Shown: positions 28,203-35,933 of the stretch, piece by piece
How positions within the stretch are numbered: the stretch's first letter is position 1
How the letters are laid out: each line of letters opens with the position of its first letter
Source: an uncultured Candidatus Saccharibacteria bacterium
Lineage (GTDB): Bacteria > Patescibacteriota > Doudnabacteria > UBA920
Assembly: GCA_964348935.1 (NCBI GenBank)
Contig: CAYGEJ010000001.1
Coordinates: forward strand, 51,807-115,806
DNA: 64,000 bases
Reading direction: 5' to 3'
The notes under the pieces: model-generated
The model's input: the letters and a program-made list of their open reading frames with translations, nothing else
Databases searched by the model: none
Told to the model about the DNA's origin: nothing
Made by a program: the position numbers and the translations under genes

Positions 28203-29678
28203 ATGAATTTTGAATTCCTTGAGTTATCTGAACTCAGAACAAAACTAGATAAAAAAGAAATTAGCTCGGTTGAATTAACCAAGTATTTTTTAGCGCGCAT
28301 TAAAGAAAAAGACCAAGAACTTAATGCCTTTATAACTGTTACAGAACAAGAGGCCTTAAAACAGGCTAAAGAGGCAGATGAATACATGAGTTCCAGTGGT
28401 GAGAATCCTTTTTTATGTGGAATTCCATATGTAGCCAAAGATTTATTTAACACCAAAGGCATTCGTACTACCGCAGCGAGTAAAATTTTAGATAATTATA
28501 TTTCTCCTTACGATGCAACGAGTATAAAAAAGATTAAAGACCAACATGCGGTGCTTTTAGGTAAGGTTAACTTAGATCAATTTGCACATGGTAGCAGTGG
28601 GGAGACTTCTGGTTATGGAGCAACTAAAAACCCTTGGGATGTTACTAGAATGCCAGGAGGTTCTTCTTCTGGTTCTGTTTCTGCAGTAGCTTCAGGTATG
28701 GCACCATGGGCAACAGCCACTGAAACAGGAGGAAGTATTCGTCAGCCTGCAAGTTTAACTGGGCTTAGTGGCTGGAAGCCAACTTACGGAAGAGTAAGTA
28801 GGTACGGTGTTATTGCTATGGCTTCTTCTCTCGACTGTCCTGGTGCTGTGGCGTATTCTGTAAAAGATTTAGCAAAAATTGCCGAAGTTATGTCTGGAAT
28901 GGACCCAAAAGATTCCACCACAGGACAAGGCGCTGTACCAGAGTATTCTAATAATTTAATTACTACTCTAAAAGGTATTAAAGTAGGGATTCCAAAACAA
29001 TATTTTGTAGAAGGAATGGAACAGGGTGTTAAGCAAAGAGTGATGGAAGGTATTAAAGAGTTAGAAAAACAAGGAGCAGAATTAGTCGAAGTAGATTTAC
29101 CAAATACTAAATACGGCTCATTAGTTTATGCAATTGTATGTCCTTCTGAAGTTGCTTCTAACCTTTCTAGGTATGATGGTATTCGCTATGGCCATGTAAC
29201 CAAGGAAGCTAAAAACTTACTTGAAGTTTACGAAAAGAGTCGCGCCGAAGGTTTTGGTAACGAAGCAAAGCGCAGAATTTTAACTGGTACCTATGTTCTT
29301 ACTGCTGGTTATTACGACGCATACTACAAAAAAGCTCAAAAAGTTCGTAGGCTTATAGTAAATGAATTTGAAGAAGTATTTAAAAAGGTAAATGTCTTAG
29401 CTTGTCCTTCAACTCCAAACGTCGCTACTAAGTTAGGACACGCAGCAGAAAACCCGCTCCACGGATACATTGCCGACCAGTTAAATATTCCAGGGTCCCT
29501 AGCCGGACTACCGGCACTTTCCATTCCTTGTGGTTTTTCTAAACCAAGTGACGGAGAAGTTGAGCTTCCTGTAGGTTTGCAAATTATAGGTCCTCAATGG
29601 GGTGAGCAAATGGTATTTAATGTCGGACATGTTTATCAGTTAAATACCGATTGGCACCGCAAACACCCAGTGATTTAA
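28203..29678 (+). CDS. gatA: Glu-tRNA(Gln) amidotransferase subunit A (amidase signature family)
   Basis: Amidase signature GGSSSGSVSAVASG and Ser-cisSer-Lys triad context. 491 aa. Confidence 0.9.
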   Translation: MNFEFLELSELRTKLDKKEISSVELTKYFLARIKEKDQELNAFITVTEQEALKQAKEADEYMSSSGENPFLCGIPYVAKDLFNTKGIRTTAASKILDNYISPYDATSIKKIKDQHAVLLGKVNLDQFAHGSSGETSGYGATKNPWDVTRMPGGSSSGSVSAVASGMAPWATATETGGSIRQPASLTGLSGWKPTYGRVSRYGVIAMASSLDCPGAVAYSVKDLAKIAEVMSGMDPKDSTTGQGAVPEYSNNLITTLKGIKVGIPKQYFVEGMEQGVKQRVMEGIKELEKQGAELVEVDLPNTKYGSLVYAIVCPSEVASNLSRYDGIRYGHVTKEAKNLLEVYEKSRAEGFGNEAKRRILTGTYVLTAGYYDAYYKKAQKVRRLIVNEFEEVFKKVNVLACPSTPNVATKLGHAAENPLHGYIADQLNIPGSLAGLPALSIPCGFSKPSDGEVELPVGLQIIGPQWGEQMVFNVGHVYQLNTDWHRKHPVI

Positions 29679-29719
29679 GATTTATGATTTCAGATTTAAG
29701 AATCTAGACATAAAAGATT

Positions 29720-31213
29720 ATGAAGGAATATCCAAAATCAGATGAATACAAAGCCGTAATTGGTTTTGAAATCCACGTTGAACTTAAAACTAAGTCCAAA
29801 ATGTTTGGGCCGGCTGTAAATAATCCAGACGAGGAAAAACCAAACTATAACATAGACGAAATTGTAACGGCTGAGCCTGGAACTTTACCCGTGGCGAATA
29901 AAGAAGCTATCCGTCTTTCCGCAATGGTTGGTTTGGCTATAAATTGTAAAATAGACGAATGGAGTAAGTTTGACCGTAAGCATTATTTTTACCCAGATTT
30001 GCCTAAAGGCTACCAAATTTCTCAGTTTGACCAACCAATTGCTAGAGATGGTTATTTAGACGTAACAGTTGCAGGACAAAGAGTTAGAATTGGTATAACT
30101 CGCGCTCATTTAGAAGAAGATGCAGGAAAAAATATGCACCCAGAAGGTTTGCCATATTCTTTAGTTGACTATAACCGCGCTGGTTGTGCATTACTTGAAA
30201 TTGTTACAGAACCAGATATAGAAAGCGGTGAACAAGCTAAAGCATTTTTAACCGAGCTTAGAAATATTATTCGTTATGTTGGAGCTAGTGATTGCAATAT
30301 GGAAAAAGGTACTATGCGTGTAGAGCCAAATATTTCTGTACGCAAACCAGGCGAAACCATATTGCCAAAATATAAATGTGAAGTTAAAAATATCAACTCT
30401 TTTAAGTTTGCGCAATTGGCAATAGACTACGAAATAGCTCGCCAAACTGAAATATTAAAAGAAGGTGGAATTCCAAAACAAGTAACAATGGGATGGGATG
30501 AGAAAAATAATTGTACAGTAGAACAGCGGAGTAAAGAAGAGGCGAATGACTACCGGTATTTTCCAGATCCAGACTTGCCGGTCATGCAATTTACTGAGGA
30601 GTATTTAAATGAACTGCGAGCGATAATGCCAGAGTTGCCTGCTCAAAAAAGAAGTAGGTTTTTGACTGAGTTTGCACTTCCAGAGGCAGATGTTGAAAAT
30701 TTAATTAATTGGAAAGAGTTGGCAAATTATTTCGAAGCAGTAGTGAGTGAGATTGAGGAGTGGATAGGGCAAGAGAAAGATTTAAATAGGAATAGCTTAA
30801 TAAAAAGTGCTGCCAATTGGTGTTTGCAAGATTTTTCTGCGTTACTGAATGCAGAACAATTAAATCCTTTGGATTCCAAAGTTGTACCAGAAAATTTTGC
30901 TGAACTTGTAATGCTTATTGTTCAAGGAAAAATTTCTAGCAGTGCGGCAAAAACTGTCTTTAAGGTAATGTTTGAAAAAGGCGGAGAACCTGACAATATT
31001 GTTCAAGATTTAGGTTTAACGCAAGTAAGTGATGAAAGTGCTATTTCTGGAGCAATAGATAAGGTCATAAGTGAAAATTCTAAAGCTGTAGAAGATTATA
31101 AAGCTGGAATGCAAAAGAGTTTTGGTTTTTTGGTGGGGCAAACCATGAAAGAACTTAAAGGAAAAGGTAACCCGCAAATTATAAACGAACTTTTGAAAAA
31201 GAAACTTAGTTAG
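29720..31213 (+). CDS. gatB: Asp-tRNA(Asn)/Glu-tRNA(Gln) amidotransferase subunit B
   Basis: GFEIHVELKTKSKMF N-terminus, GatB central region and C-terminal GatB/YqeY domain. 497 aa. Confidence 0.9.
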   Translation: MKEYPKSDEYKAVIGFEIHVELKTKSKMFGPAVNNPDEEKPNYNIDEIVTAEPGTLPVANKEAIRLSAMVGLAINCKIDEWSKFDRKHYFYPDLPKGYQISQFDQPIARDGYLDVTVAGQRVRIGITRAHLEEDAGKNMHPEGLPYSLVDYNRAGCALLEIVTEPDIESGEQAKAFLTELRNIIRYVGASDCNMEKGTMRVEPNISVRKPGETILPKYKCEVKNINSFKFAQLAIDYEIARQTEILKEGGIPKQVTMGWDEKNNCTVEQRSKEEANDYRYFPDPDLPVMQFTEEYLNELRAIMPELPAQKRSRFLTEFALPEADVENLINWKELANYFEAVVSEIEEWIGQEKDLNRNSLIKSAANWCLQDFSALLNAEQLNPLDSKVVPENFAELVMLIVQGKISSSAAKTVFKVMFEKGGEPDNIVQDLGLTQVSDESAISGAIDKVISENSKAVEDYKAGMQKSFGFLVGQTMKELKGKGNPQIINELLKKKLS

Positions 31214-31255
31214 CTAGTTGTATGTTATAAGTTGTAATAAGAATAGTAAAAAATA

Positions 31256-31289
31256 AACAACTCTGTACTATTAAAAGTACAGAGTTGTT
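31256..31289. terminator. bidirectional intrinsic terminator at the island 2 left edge (14-bp perfect stem)
   Basis: AACAACUCUGUACU-AUUAAA-AGUACAGAGUUGUU with U/A-runs on both sides. Serves gatB on the + strand and the minus-strand island operon. Confidence 0.5.
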
Positions 31290-31307
31290 TTAAAAATAAA
31301 AAAAATG

Positions 31308-31337
31308 CGTCGCCCATGCTGTGAAGCGAGGGCGACG
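31308..31337 (-). terminator. GC-rich intrinsic terminator of the minus-strand Cys-rich peptide operon
   Basis: Minus strand CGUCGCCC-loop-GGGCGACG followed by CAUUUUUUUUAUUUUU, 24 nt after the P3 stop codon. Confidence 0.5.
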
Positions 31338-31360
31338 GTTGGGTGGTTTGCGTTTCGTCA

Positions 31361-31684
31361 TTAAATAGGATGACGTGGGCTGTCGCCGAAAGGGTCGGAA
31401 TCCAGAAATTCTTTCCCTGGGTGCCCTGATTGGCTTGGTATGTCATCAGGGTTTCCAGAGGGGGTGTTGATGGTCGCACCCATCCAACCGTTATCCACAG
31501 CGGCTGAATTGTCTTCGAGGTAGTGCTCTTTCACACCACGTTTTGGCGACAGTAACCCGTCGGCGTATGGCGGGGCGATAATGATGGAATGTTGTAGTGG
31601 TTGCTGGCCAATCTTGTCGCAACAGTGACGTATGCTACAGGGTTGGTCAATTTCTTTATGGCAATTGCAAGGACATATCGCCAT
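31361..31684 (-). CDS. Cys/His-rich small protein P3 (107 aa), paralogue of the upstream 41-aa peptide plus a C-terminal extension
   Basis: Internal ATG of the 212-aa track ORF with an SD (UAAGGAGAAAAACU-AUG) that overlaps the stop of the preceding peptide gene. N-terminus MAICPCNCHKEIDQPCSIRHCCDKIGQQPL. GC-rich codon usage unlike the host. Confidence 0.5.
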   Translation of the reverse strand: MAICPCNCHKEIDQPCSIRHCCDKIGQQPLQHSIIIAPPYADGLLSPKRGVKEHYLEDNSAAVDNGWMGATINTPSGNPDDIPSQSGHPGKEFLDSDPFGDSPRHPI

Positions 31685-31695
31685 AGTTTTTCTCC

Positions 31696-31821
31696 TTAGT
31701 CTGTGAACGGGTGAGTTTGGTCGACCTCTTCGAGAGGTTTTCCTTTCTGCGAACAGCAACGGTGATTTTCGCACTCGTCGTTTTCTACTCCCACATGGCA
31801 AGAGCAGTGACAGGTTTTCAT
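31696..31821 (-). CDS. Cys/His-rich peptide P2 (41 aa): MKTCHCSCHVGVENDECENHRCCSQKGKPLEEVDQTHPFTD
   Basis: My own reverse-complement translation. ATG preceded by AAAGGAGGACUGGAAA. Not in the ORF track (under 60 aa). Shares C-x-C-x-C-H-x(6,7)-C-x(2,3)-H-x-C-C-x-K-x-G-x-x-P-L with P3. Confidence 0.45.
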   Translation of the reverse strand: MKTCHCSCHVGVENDECENHRCCSQKGKPLEEVDQTHPFTD

Positions 31822-31881
31822 TTTCCAGTCCTCCTTTGAATGAAATAGTAGCAAGAAAAGGGGAAAAAGGCAAAAAGAAAA

Positions 31882-31911
31882 CGCGGACAGGGTGGCAAGC
31901 CACTGTCCGCG
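31882..31911 (-). terminator. intra-operon intrinsic terminator or attenuator between the PEP-CTERM gene and the Cys-rich peptide genes
   Basis: Minus strand CGCGGACAG-UGGCUUGCCACC-CUGUCCGCG followed by UUUUCUUUUUGCCUUUUUCC. Confidence 0.4.
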
Positions 31912-31973
31912 TAAAGGTTGTAATGCGCGTTGCTATTTTTACCCAGCACTTTGCCGTGTGGTGGGGTTTCTTC

Positions 31974-32720
31974 TTACCGCTGGCGCCGTATCGCGGCAAT
32001 GCCTACGAGTCCAGCACCCATCAGTACGAAGGTCGTGGGTTCGGGAGTCTCGGTCCCAAGTCCACCCGACGGCTGGCTCGGAAAGCTGTAGTCCCAATAC
32101 TCAGGGTGGCGGTAAAAGTAAGGAGTGTGTTCACCCCTCAGGTAGTTTACAATCTCCCCAAGGTTGTTGATGTCGTAGGAGAACCACACTGAGGCGAGCA
32201 AGTAGTTATCGGTGTAACGATAACCGCTGTTAGTGCCGGCACAACCGCCACTAAGCCCTGCCAGAACCAAATCCCGGCAGTCGTAGGTACTGGTGGTGTT
32301 TTCTGATACCGCAATAAGCGACCTCGATTTTTGTCCGTAAACATGGGTTATGTTCTCGAACGGAAATAGGACTGTCTGGATATACGAGTTCGTTATAAAA
32401 CTCAACGATTCGTACAAGGTGTTAGTCCGTCCCGAGTTACTGGTTGGGTCTGTGAACATAGTAATGCTTACTTGATTGTCTTTTCTTTCGTTGAGACTTG
32501 AACCCTGGTAACTCGTAATCCAGCGACCAGAACCATCTGGGGCTTCGTATGACCCCTGATAGGTGGTGAGTGTGCGATAGTTGTAATCGTACCCATTGGC
32601 ATAACCACCATCTAAGTTGAGGTTCCAGGGCTGAAAATCGTCCTGGAGGACGATTGTGCCGGCCGTTGCCGACATGGCCAGAGCAAAAAAGCCGAACATA
32701 GAAATAAAAAGAGCGCGCAT
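31974..32720 (-). CDS. PEP-CTERM sorting-domain protein (secreted, Gly/Tyr/Asn-rich)
   Basis: Internal ATG with strong SD (AAGGAGGACUUAC-AUG). Signal peptide MRALFISMFGFFALAMSATAG. C-terminal TPEPTTFVLMGAGLVGIAAIRRQR is the PEP-CTERM tripartite motif (PEP, TM helix, Arg cluster). 248 aa from this start. The track ORF extends upstream to 32879 with no RBS. Confidence 0.6.
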   Translation of the reverse strand: MRALFISMFGFFALAMSATAGTIVLQDDFQPWNLNLDGGYANGYDYNYRTLTTYQGSYEAPDGSGRWITSYQGSSLNERKDNQVSITMFTDPTSNSGRTNTLYESLSFITNSYIQTVLFPFENITHVYGQKSRSLIAVSENTTSTYDCRDLVLAGLSGGCAGTNSGYRYTDNYLLASVWFSYDINNLGEIVNYLRGEHTPYFYRHPEYWDYSFPSQPSGGLGTETPEPTTFVLMGAGLVGIAAIRRQR

Positions 32721-32838
32721 GTAAGTCCTCCTTAAGGACTTGTGGAGCTTAAAAGCTCCACGGTTTTGTTCTTGGTTGGCCTTTAGGGGCCGAAAATAAA
32801 TAGATCGAACTGTTAAAAGTTTTACAGGTCGACGATAT

Positions 32839-32867
32839 ATTATACTCTTTTTTTGGGTTTTTGTCAA
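32839..32867 (-). promoter_or_regulatory. consensus sigma70 promoter (TTGACA-N17-TATAAT) of the island 2 operon
   Basis: Minus strand cattGACAaaaacccaaaaaaagagTATAATatatcg. About 115-nt structured 5' UTR, including a hairpin that pairs part of the SD (AAGUCC-UUAAGGA-GGACUU) next to the start codon. Confidence 0.4.
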
Positions 32868-32878
32868 TGCTAAATACA

Positions 32879-32906
32879 AATAACACCCTTATTTAAGGGT
32901 GTTATT
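32879..32906 (-). terminator. hairpin terminator or insulator at the island 2 right edge, downstream of the HTH gene
   Basis: AAUAACACCCU-UAUUUA-AGGGUGUUAUU (11-bp stem) then UUGUAUUU on the minus strand. Sits between the HTH gene stop and the island promoter. Confidence 0.4.
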
Positions 32907-32970
32907 TTTGGTTATTAGGTATTAGCTTATAGGTTTTAGTACAAAATTTATATTTTATACATAATTAAAG

Positions 32971-33225
32971 TTAACTGCTTGTGTTTGTTCTTTGCTTAGC
33001 TTTTTTATAAGCATTTTTAACCGTGACTAAATTTAGTCCAAGTTCCTTAGCAACTTCTTCAGGAGTTTTACCGGAGTCTACCATGTTCATTATTTGAAGC
33101 TGTCGTTCTGTAGCTTCTTTTCCTTTTGGGCTAAATTCTTCTAGAGCTCTACCAGCTTTAACTCTCATAGTAGGGTCTTCTAATACTTCTTGTAAATTTT
33201 TACTTAAGAATTTTTTCTCAGACAT
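32971..33225 (-). CDS. small DNA-binding protein with a sigma-70 region-4 / LuxR-type HTH
   Basis: 84 aa. LQIMNMVDSGKTPEEVAKELGLNLVTVKNAYKKAKQ resembles region 4.2 HTH. Start is a few nt from the miaA stop. Confidence 0.5.
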   Translation of the reverse strand: MSEKKFLSKNLQEVLEDPTMRVKAGRALEEFSPKGKEATERQLQIMNMVDSGKTPEEVAKELGLNLVTVKNAYKKAKQRTNTSS

Positions 33226-34189
33226 TTTTTAAAAAGTTAATTATTAGTTTAGTTGCAATGGAAACTTTTGGTGGTATCCAATTAATATTTTTATTTCGTT
33301 TCCACCAGGTAAGTTGACGCTTGGAATAATGTTTAATTGCAAATGAGAGTTGGGTTTGCATTTCTTCTTTGCTAATTTTATTTTGTATGTAGAGGGCTAA
33401 GTATTTGTATTCTAAGCCAAAACTTTCAAGTTTTTTCCAAGATAATTTATTTTTCTTAAGTTTCTTTACTTCTTCAAGCATTCCTTGCTTAAGTCGCTCA
33501 GCTAGACGTTTGTCTATTTTGTTGTAGAGATCAGTTTGATTTGTTTGGATTCCTAACCATAATACTTTATTACTGTTATCTGTTTGCTGTGAACTGTTTA
33601 CAGGAACTGGTTTGCCAGTGGTAATAACTATTTCTAAAGCTCGGACAAGACGGCGTTTATTAAATCTATCTATATTTGATGCGCGGGTACTATCTAACTT
33701 TTGCAATTGTGAAAATAATTTTTCCGCAGATTTTTTTTCTAAACTGGCGCGAAGTTTAAAATTTGGTTTAACTTCAGGAATTATTTGATTATTGACAAGT
33801 GCGTCTAACCAATGACCTGTACCACCACAAAGTATAGGTATGTGTCCGCGTTCTAAAATTTCTTGAATTTTTTTTTGGGCGACTCGCTGGAATTTTGCAA
33901 CTGAGAATTGTTGTTTTGGATTTAGAAAATCAATAAGGTGGTGGGGAATACCCTTATACTTGAATATAGAATTTTGTCCGCCAGCTGGCGGATTGAATTT
34001 GGACTTAGTCCATTTCCCTTGAACCTTACCAGTTCCCAAGTCCATACCTTTGTATATTTGCCTGCTGTCGGCAGAAATAATTTCACCATTAAAACGTTTA
34101 GCCAGTTTAACGGCTAACTCAGATTTTCCAGAGGCGGTAGGACCCACGATAGATATAAGCTTATAGGTTCTAGGGATTAAGCTTGGCAT
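33218..34189 (-). CDS. miaA: tRNA dimethylallyltransferase MiaA
   Basis: P-loop IVGPTASGKSELAVKLAKRF, ISADSRQIYKGMDLGTGK motif. 323 aa with a C-terminal extension. Confidence 0.85.
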   Translation of the reverse strand: MPSLIPRTYKLISIVGPTASGKSELAVKLAKRFNGEIISADSRQIYKGMDLGTGKVQGKWTKSKFNPPAGGQNSIFKYKGIPHHLIDFLNPKQQFSVAKFQRVAQKKIQEILERGHIPILCGGTGHWLDALVNNQIIPEVKPNFKLRASLEKKSAEKLFSQLQKLDSTRASNIDRFNKRRLVRALEIVITTGKPVPVNSSQQTDNSNKVLWLGIQTNQTDLYNKIDKRLAERLKQGMLEEVKKLKKNKLSWKKLESFGLEYKYLALYIQNKISKEEMQTQLSFAIKHYSKRQLTWWKRNKNINWIPPKVSIATKLIINFLKNV

Positions 34190-34326
34190 TATCTTTTTGT
34201 TAAAGCCTTGCCAGAGTATTTGGAGCCTAAGATTAAAGAGCGGGAATGGACTTGCATTCTTGGACGTTTCTTAATCTCTCTTTTTTTAGATTTGGTAGGC
34301 ACTTCGTCAAATATTTTTTTACGCAT
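34189..34326 (-). CDS. possible 45-aa highly basic peptide, translationally coupled to miaA (TAATG)
   Basis: My translation: MRKKIFDEVPTKSKKREIKKRPRMQVHSRSLILGSKYSGKALTKR. Stop overlaps the miaA ATG. No recognisable family. Below the ORF-track cutoff. Confidence 0.25.
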   Translation of the reverse strand: MRKKIFDEVPTKSKKREIKKRPRMQVHSRSLILGSKYSGKALTKR

Positions 34327-34377
34327 CCTAAGCATGTTATACTTAATATAGGCATTATATCATTAACATAAAATTAT

Positions 34378-34938
34378 ATGAATGGAAAATTTACAGGTGC
34401 AACTTCAACCAGAGCAATAATTATACTGGTAATAATTCTTTTTTTAGGAGCCGGTGTATATTATTTTATGAATAATAGAGCAATTGCTCCAGCTGGTAAC
34501 GGAATAAAAACGACACCACAAGCAGAAGAAGACAAGAGTCCAGCAACTCAAGACATAGCAACGACAACACCGAATAGGATACAGTTAGATACTACCGTAG
34601 ATACAGGCAAATCTGTACCTGTCTATAGCTCTGGCGAAGAAGAAACCCAGAATCCGGATATTCAAGTAGTGGCGATAAATTATGACGGTAAAGAGTTTTC
34701 ACCTGTCTCGGTAAATATTAAGGTGGGAGATTATGTAATTTTCTATAATAAAGGAACCTCTGCCTTTTGGCCAGCTTCTGGACCTCATCCGACTCATACA
34801 AGCTACCCTGAATTCGATGCTAAGAAAGCAATTGATGCTGGTGGAAAGTTTCAGTTTGAGTTTACGAAAACAGGAACTTGGAGTTTTCATGACCATTTAA
34901 ATCCCAGTGCAAAAGGTACAGTTATAGTCACTCAATAG
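34378..34938 (+). CDS. secreted/membrane-anchored protein with a cupredoxin-like C-terminal domain
   Basis: N-terminal TM helix IIILVIILFLGAGVYYF, then a beta-rich domain (VNIKVGDYVIFYNKGTSAFWPASGPHPTHTSY...WSFHDHLNPSAKGTVIV) resembling plastocyanin/EfeO-type folds. No clear Cys copper ligand. Followed by terminator hairpin CCUCUCCG...CGGGGAGG-UUUUUG. Confidence 0.4.
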   Translation: MNGKFTGATSTRAIIILVIILFLGAGVYYFMNNRAIAPAGNGIKTTPQAEEDKSPATQDIATTTPNRIQLDTTVDTGKSVPVYSSGEEETQNPDIQVVAINYDGKEFSPVSVNIKVGDYVIFYNKGTSAFWPASGPHPTHTSYPEFDAKKAIDAGGKFQFEFTKTGTWSFHDHLNPSAKGTVIVTQ

Positions 34939-35082
34939 TGTAATTTAACAACCTCTCCGTTGCTGTTGCTAGCGGGGAGGTTTTTGCTTAATGCTTCAGA
35001 AAATGTTATAGTAAATTATTAAAAGAGCAACTTCTTGCTTAAAAAGTTTGTTTTTTTGGCAGAATTAAGGATTGATACGTAA

Positions 35083-35931
35083 ATGGGAATTGCAAATTTG
35101 AATTGGCAAGTTTTTGGCCACGAAAACGTAAAACAAATCTTGAATAGACAGTTTACTTCTGGAAAGTTTCCTAATACGTATTTATTTGTGGGAAATGAAG
35201 GTATTGGTAAGAAAACTTTAGCTTTGGAATTTGCCAAAAAAATATTAGTCACAGAAAACTTAAATAACCATCCTGACTTTTTAATACTCGACGAAATAGG
35301 GGAGCTCGGCATAGAATCGGCAATTAATTTTATTTCCAAGTTAAATTTCCGTCCTTTTATTGCACAGAAAAAAGTGGCGATTATAAATAACGCTGAAAAT
35401 TTAAATATTAACAGTAGTAACGCACTTTTAAAAACACTTGAAGAACCCAGCGAAAGTACAATACTAATTTTAATTTCAAGTAAATTAAGGTTGCTTCCGA
35501 CTATTGTTTCCCGCTGTCAGGTTATTAAATTTCATACTTTTTCAAGCATAGCACTCAAAAAGTTTGCTGAGCTGAATAAATTAAATATTCCGACCAGTGC
35601 CTTTGATTTAAGTTTTGGAAAAATTAACCAATTAATTAAATTTTCTGAAGATAAGAACGCTTTAATACAAGCAGGATTATTGGCACAAAAGTATAAGGAT
35701 TTAATTAGACAAAGTACAGGGGAGAAACTACTTTCAATAGGTGAATACGCGGAATTGGAAACGGAAGATTTAGAAAAGACTTTTTTGTTTTGGTTAAGTT
35801 TGCAAGTTAGGGATTTGGGAGAAAACCCAACTGATTACAAAAAAATGGAAGCTTTGAATGATTCGATTTTAGGACTAAAATTAAATAAAAATAAAAAATT
35901 AATTTTACAAAATTTGTTTTTAAAAATATAA
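35083..35931 (+). CDS. holB: DNA polymerase III delta-prime subunit (HolB-like clamp-loader AAA+ protein)
   Basis: YLFVGNEGIGKKTLALEFAKKIL Walker A-like, sensor TLEEPSESTILILISS and SRC-like motif VSRCQVIKF. 282 aa. Confidence 0.7.
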   Translation: MGIANLNWQVFGHENVKQILNRQFTSGKFPNTYLFVGNEGIGKKTLALEFAKKILVTENLNNHPDFLILDEIGELGIESAINFISKLNFRPFIAQKKVAIINNAENLNINSSNALLKTLEEPSESTILILISSKLRLLPTIVSRCQVIKFHTFSSIALKKFAELNKLNIPTSAFDLSFGKINQLIKFSEDKNALIQAGLLAQKYKDLIRQSTGEKLLSIGEYAELETEDLEKTFLFWLSLQVRDLGENPTDYKKMEALNDSILGLKLNKNKKLILQNLFLKI

Positions 35932-35933
35932 AT

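Noticed and set aside
31836-32192. Plus-strand ORFs (118 aa and 92 aa) inside island 2.
   Set aside because: They are antisense to the RBS-supported PEP-CTERM and Cys-peptide genes. No SD. High-GC DNA yields long spurious ORFs.
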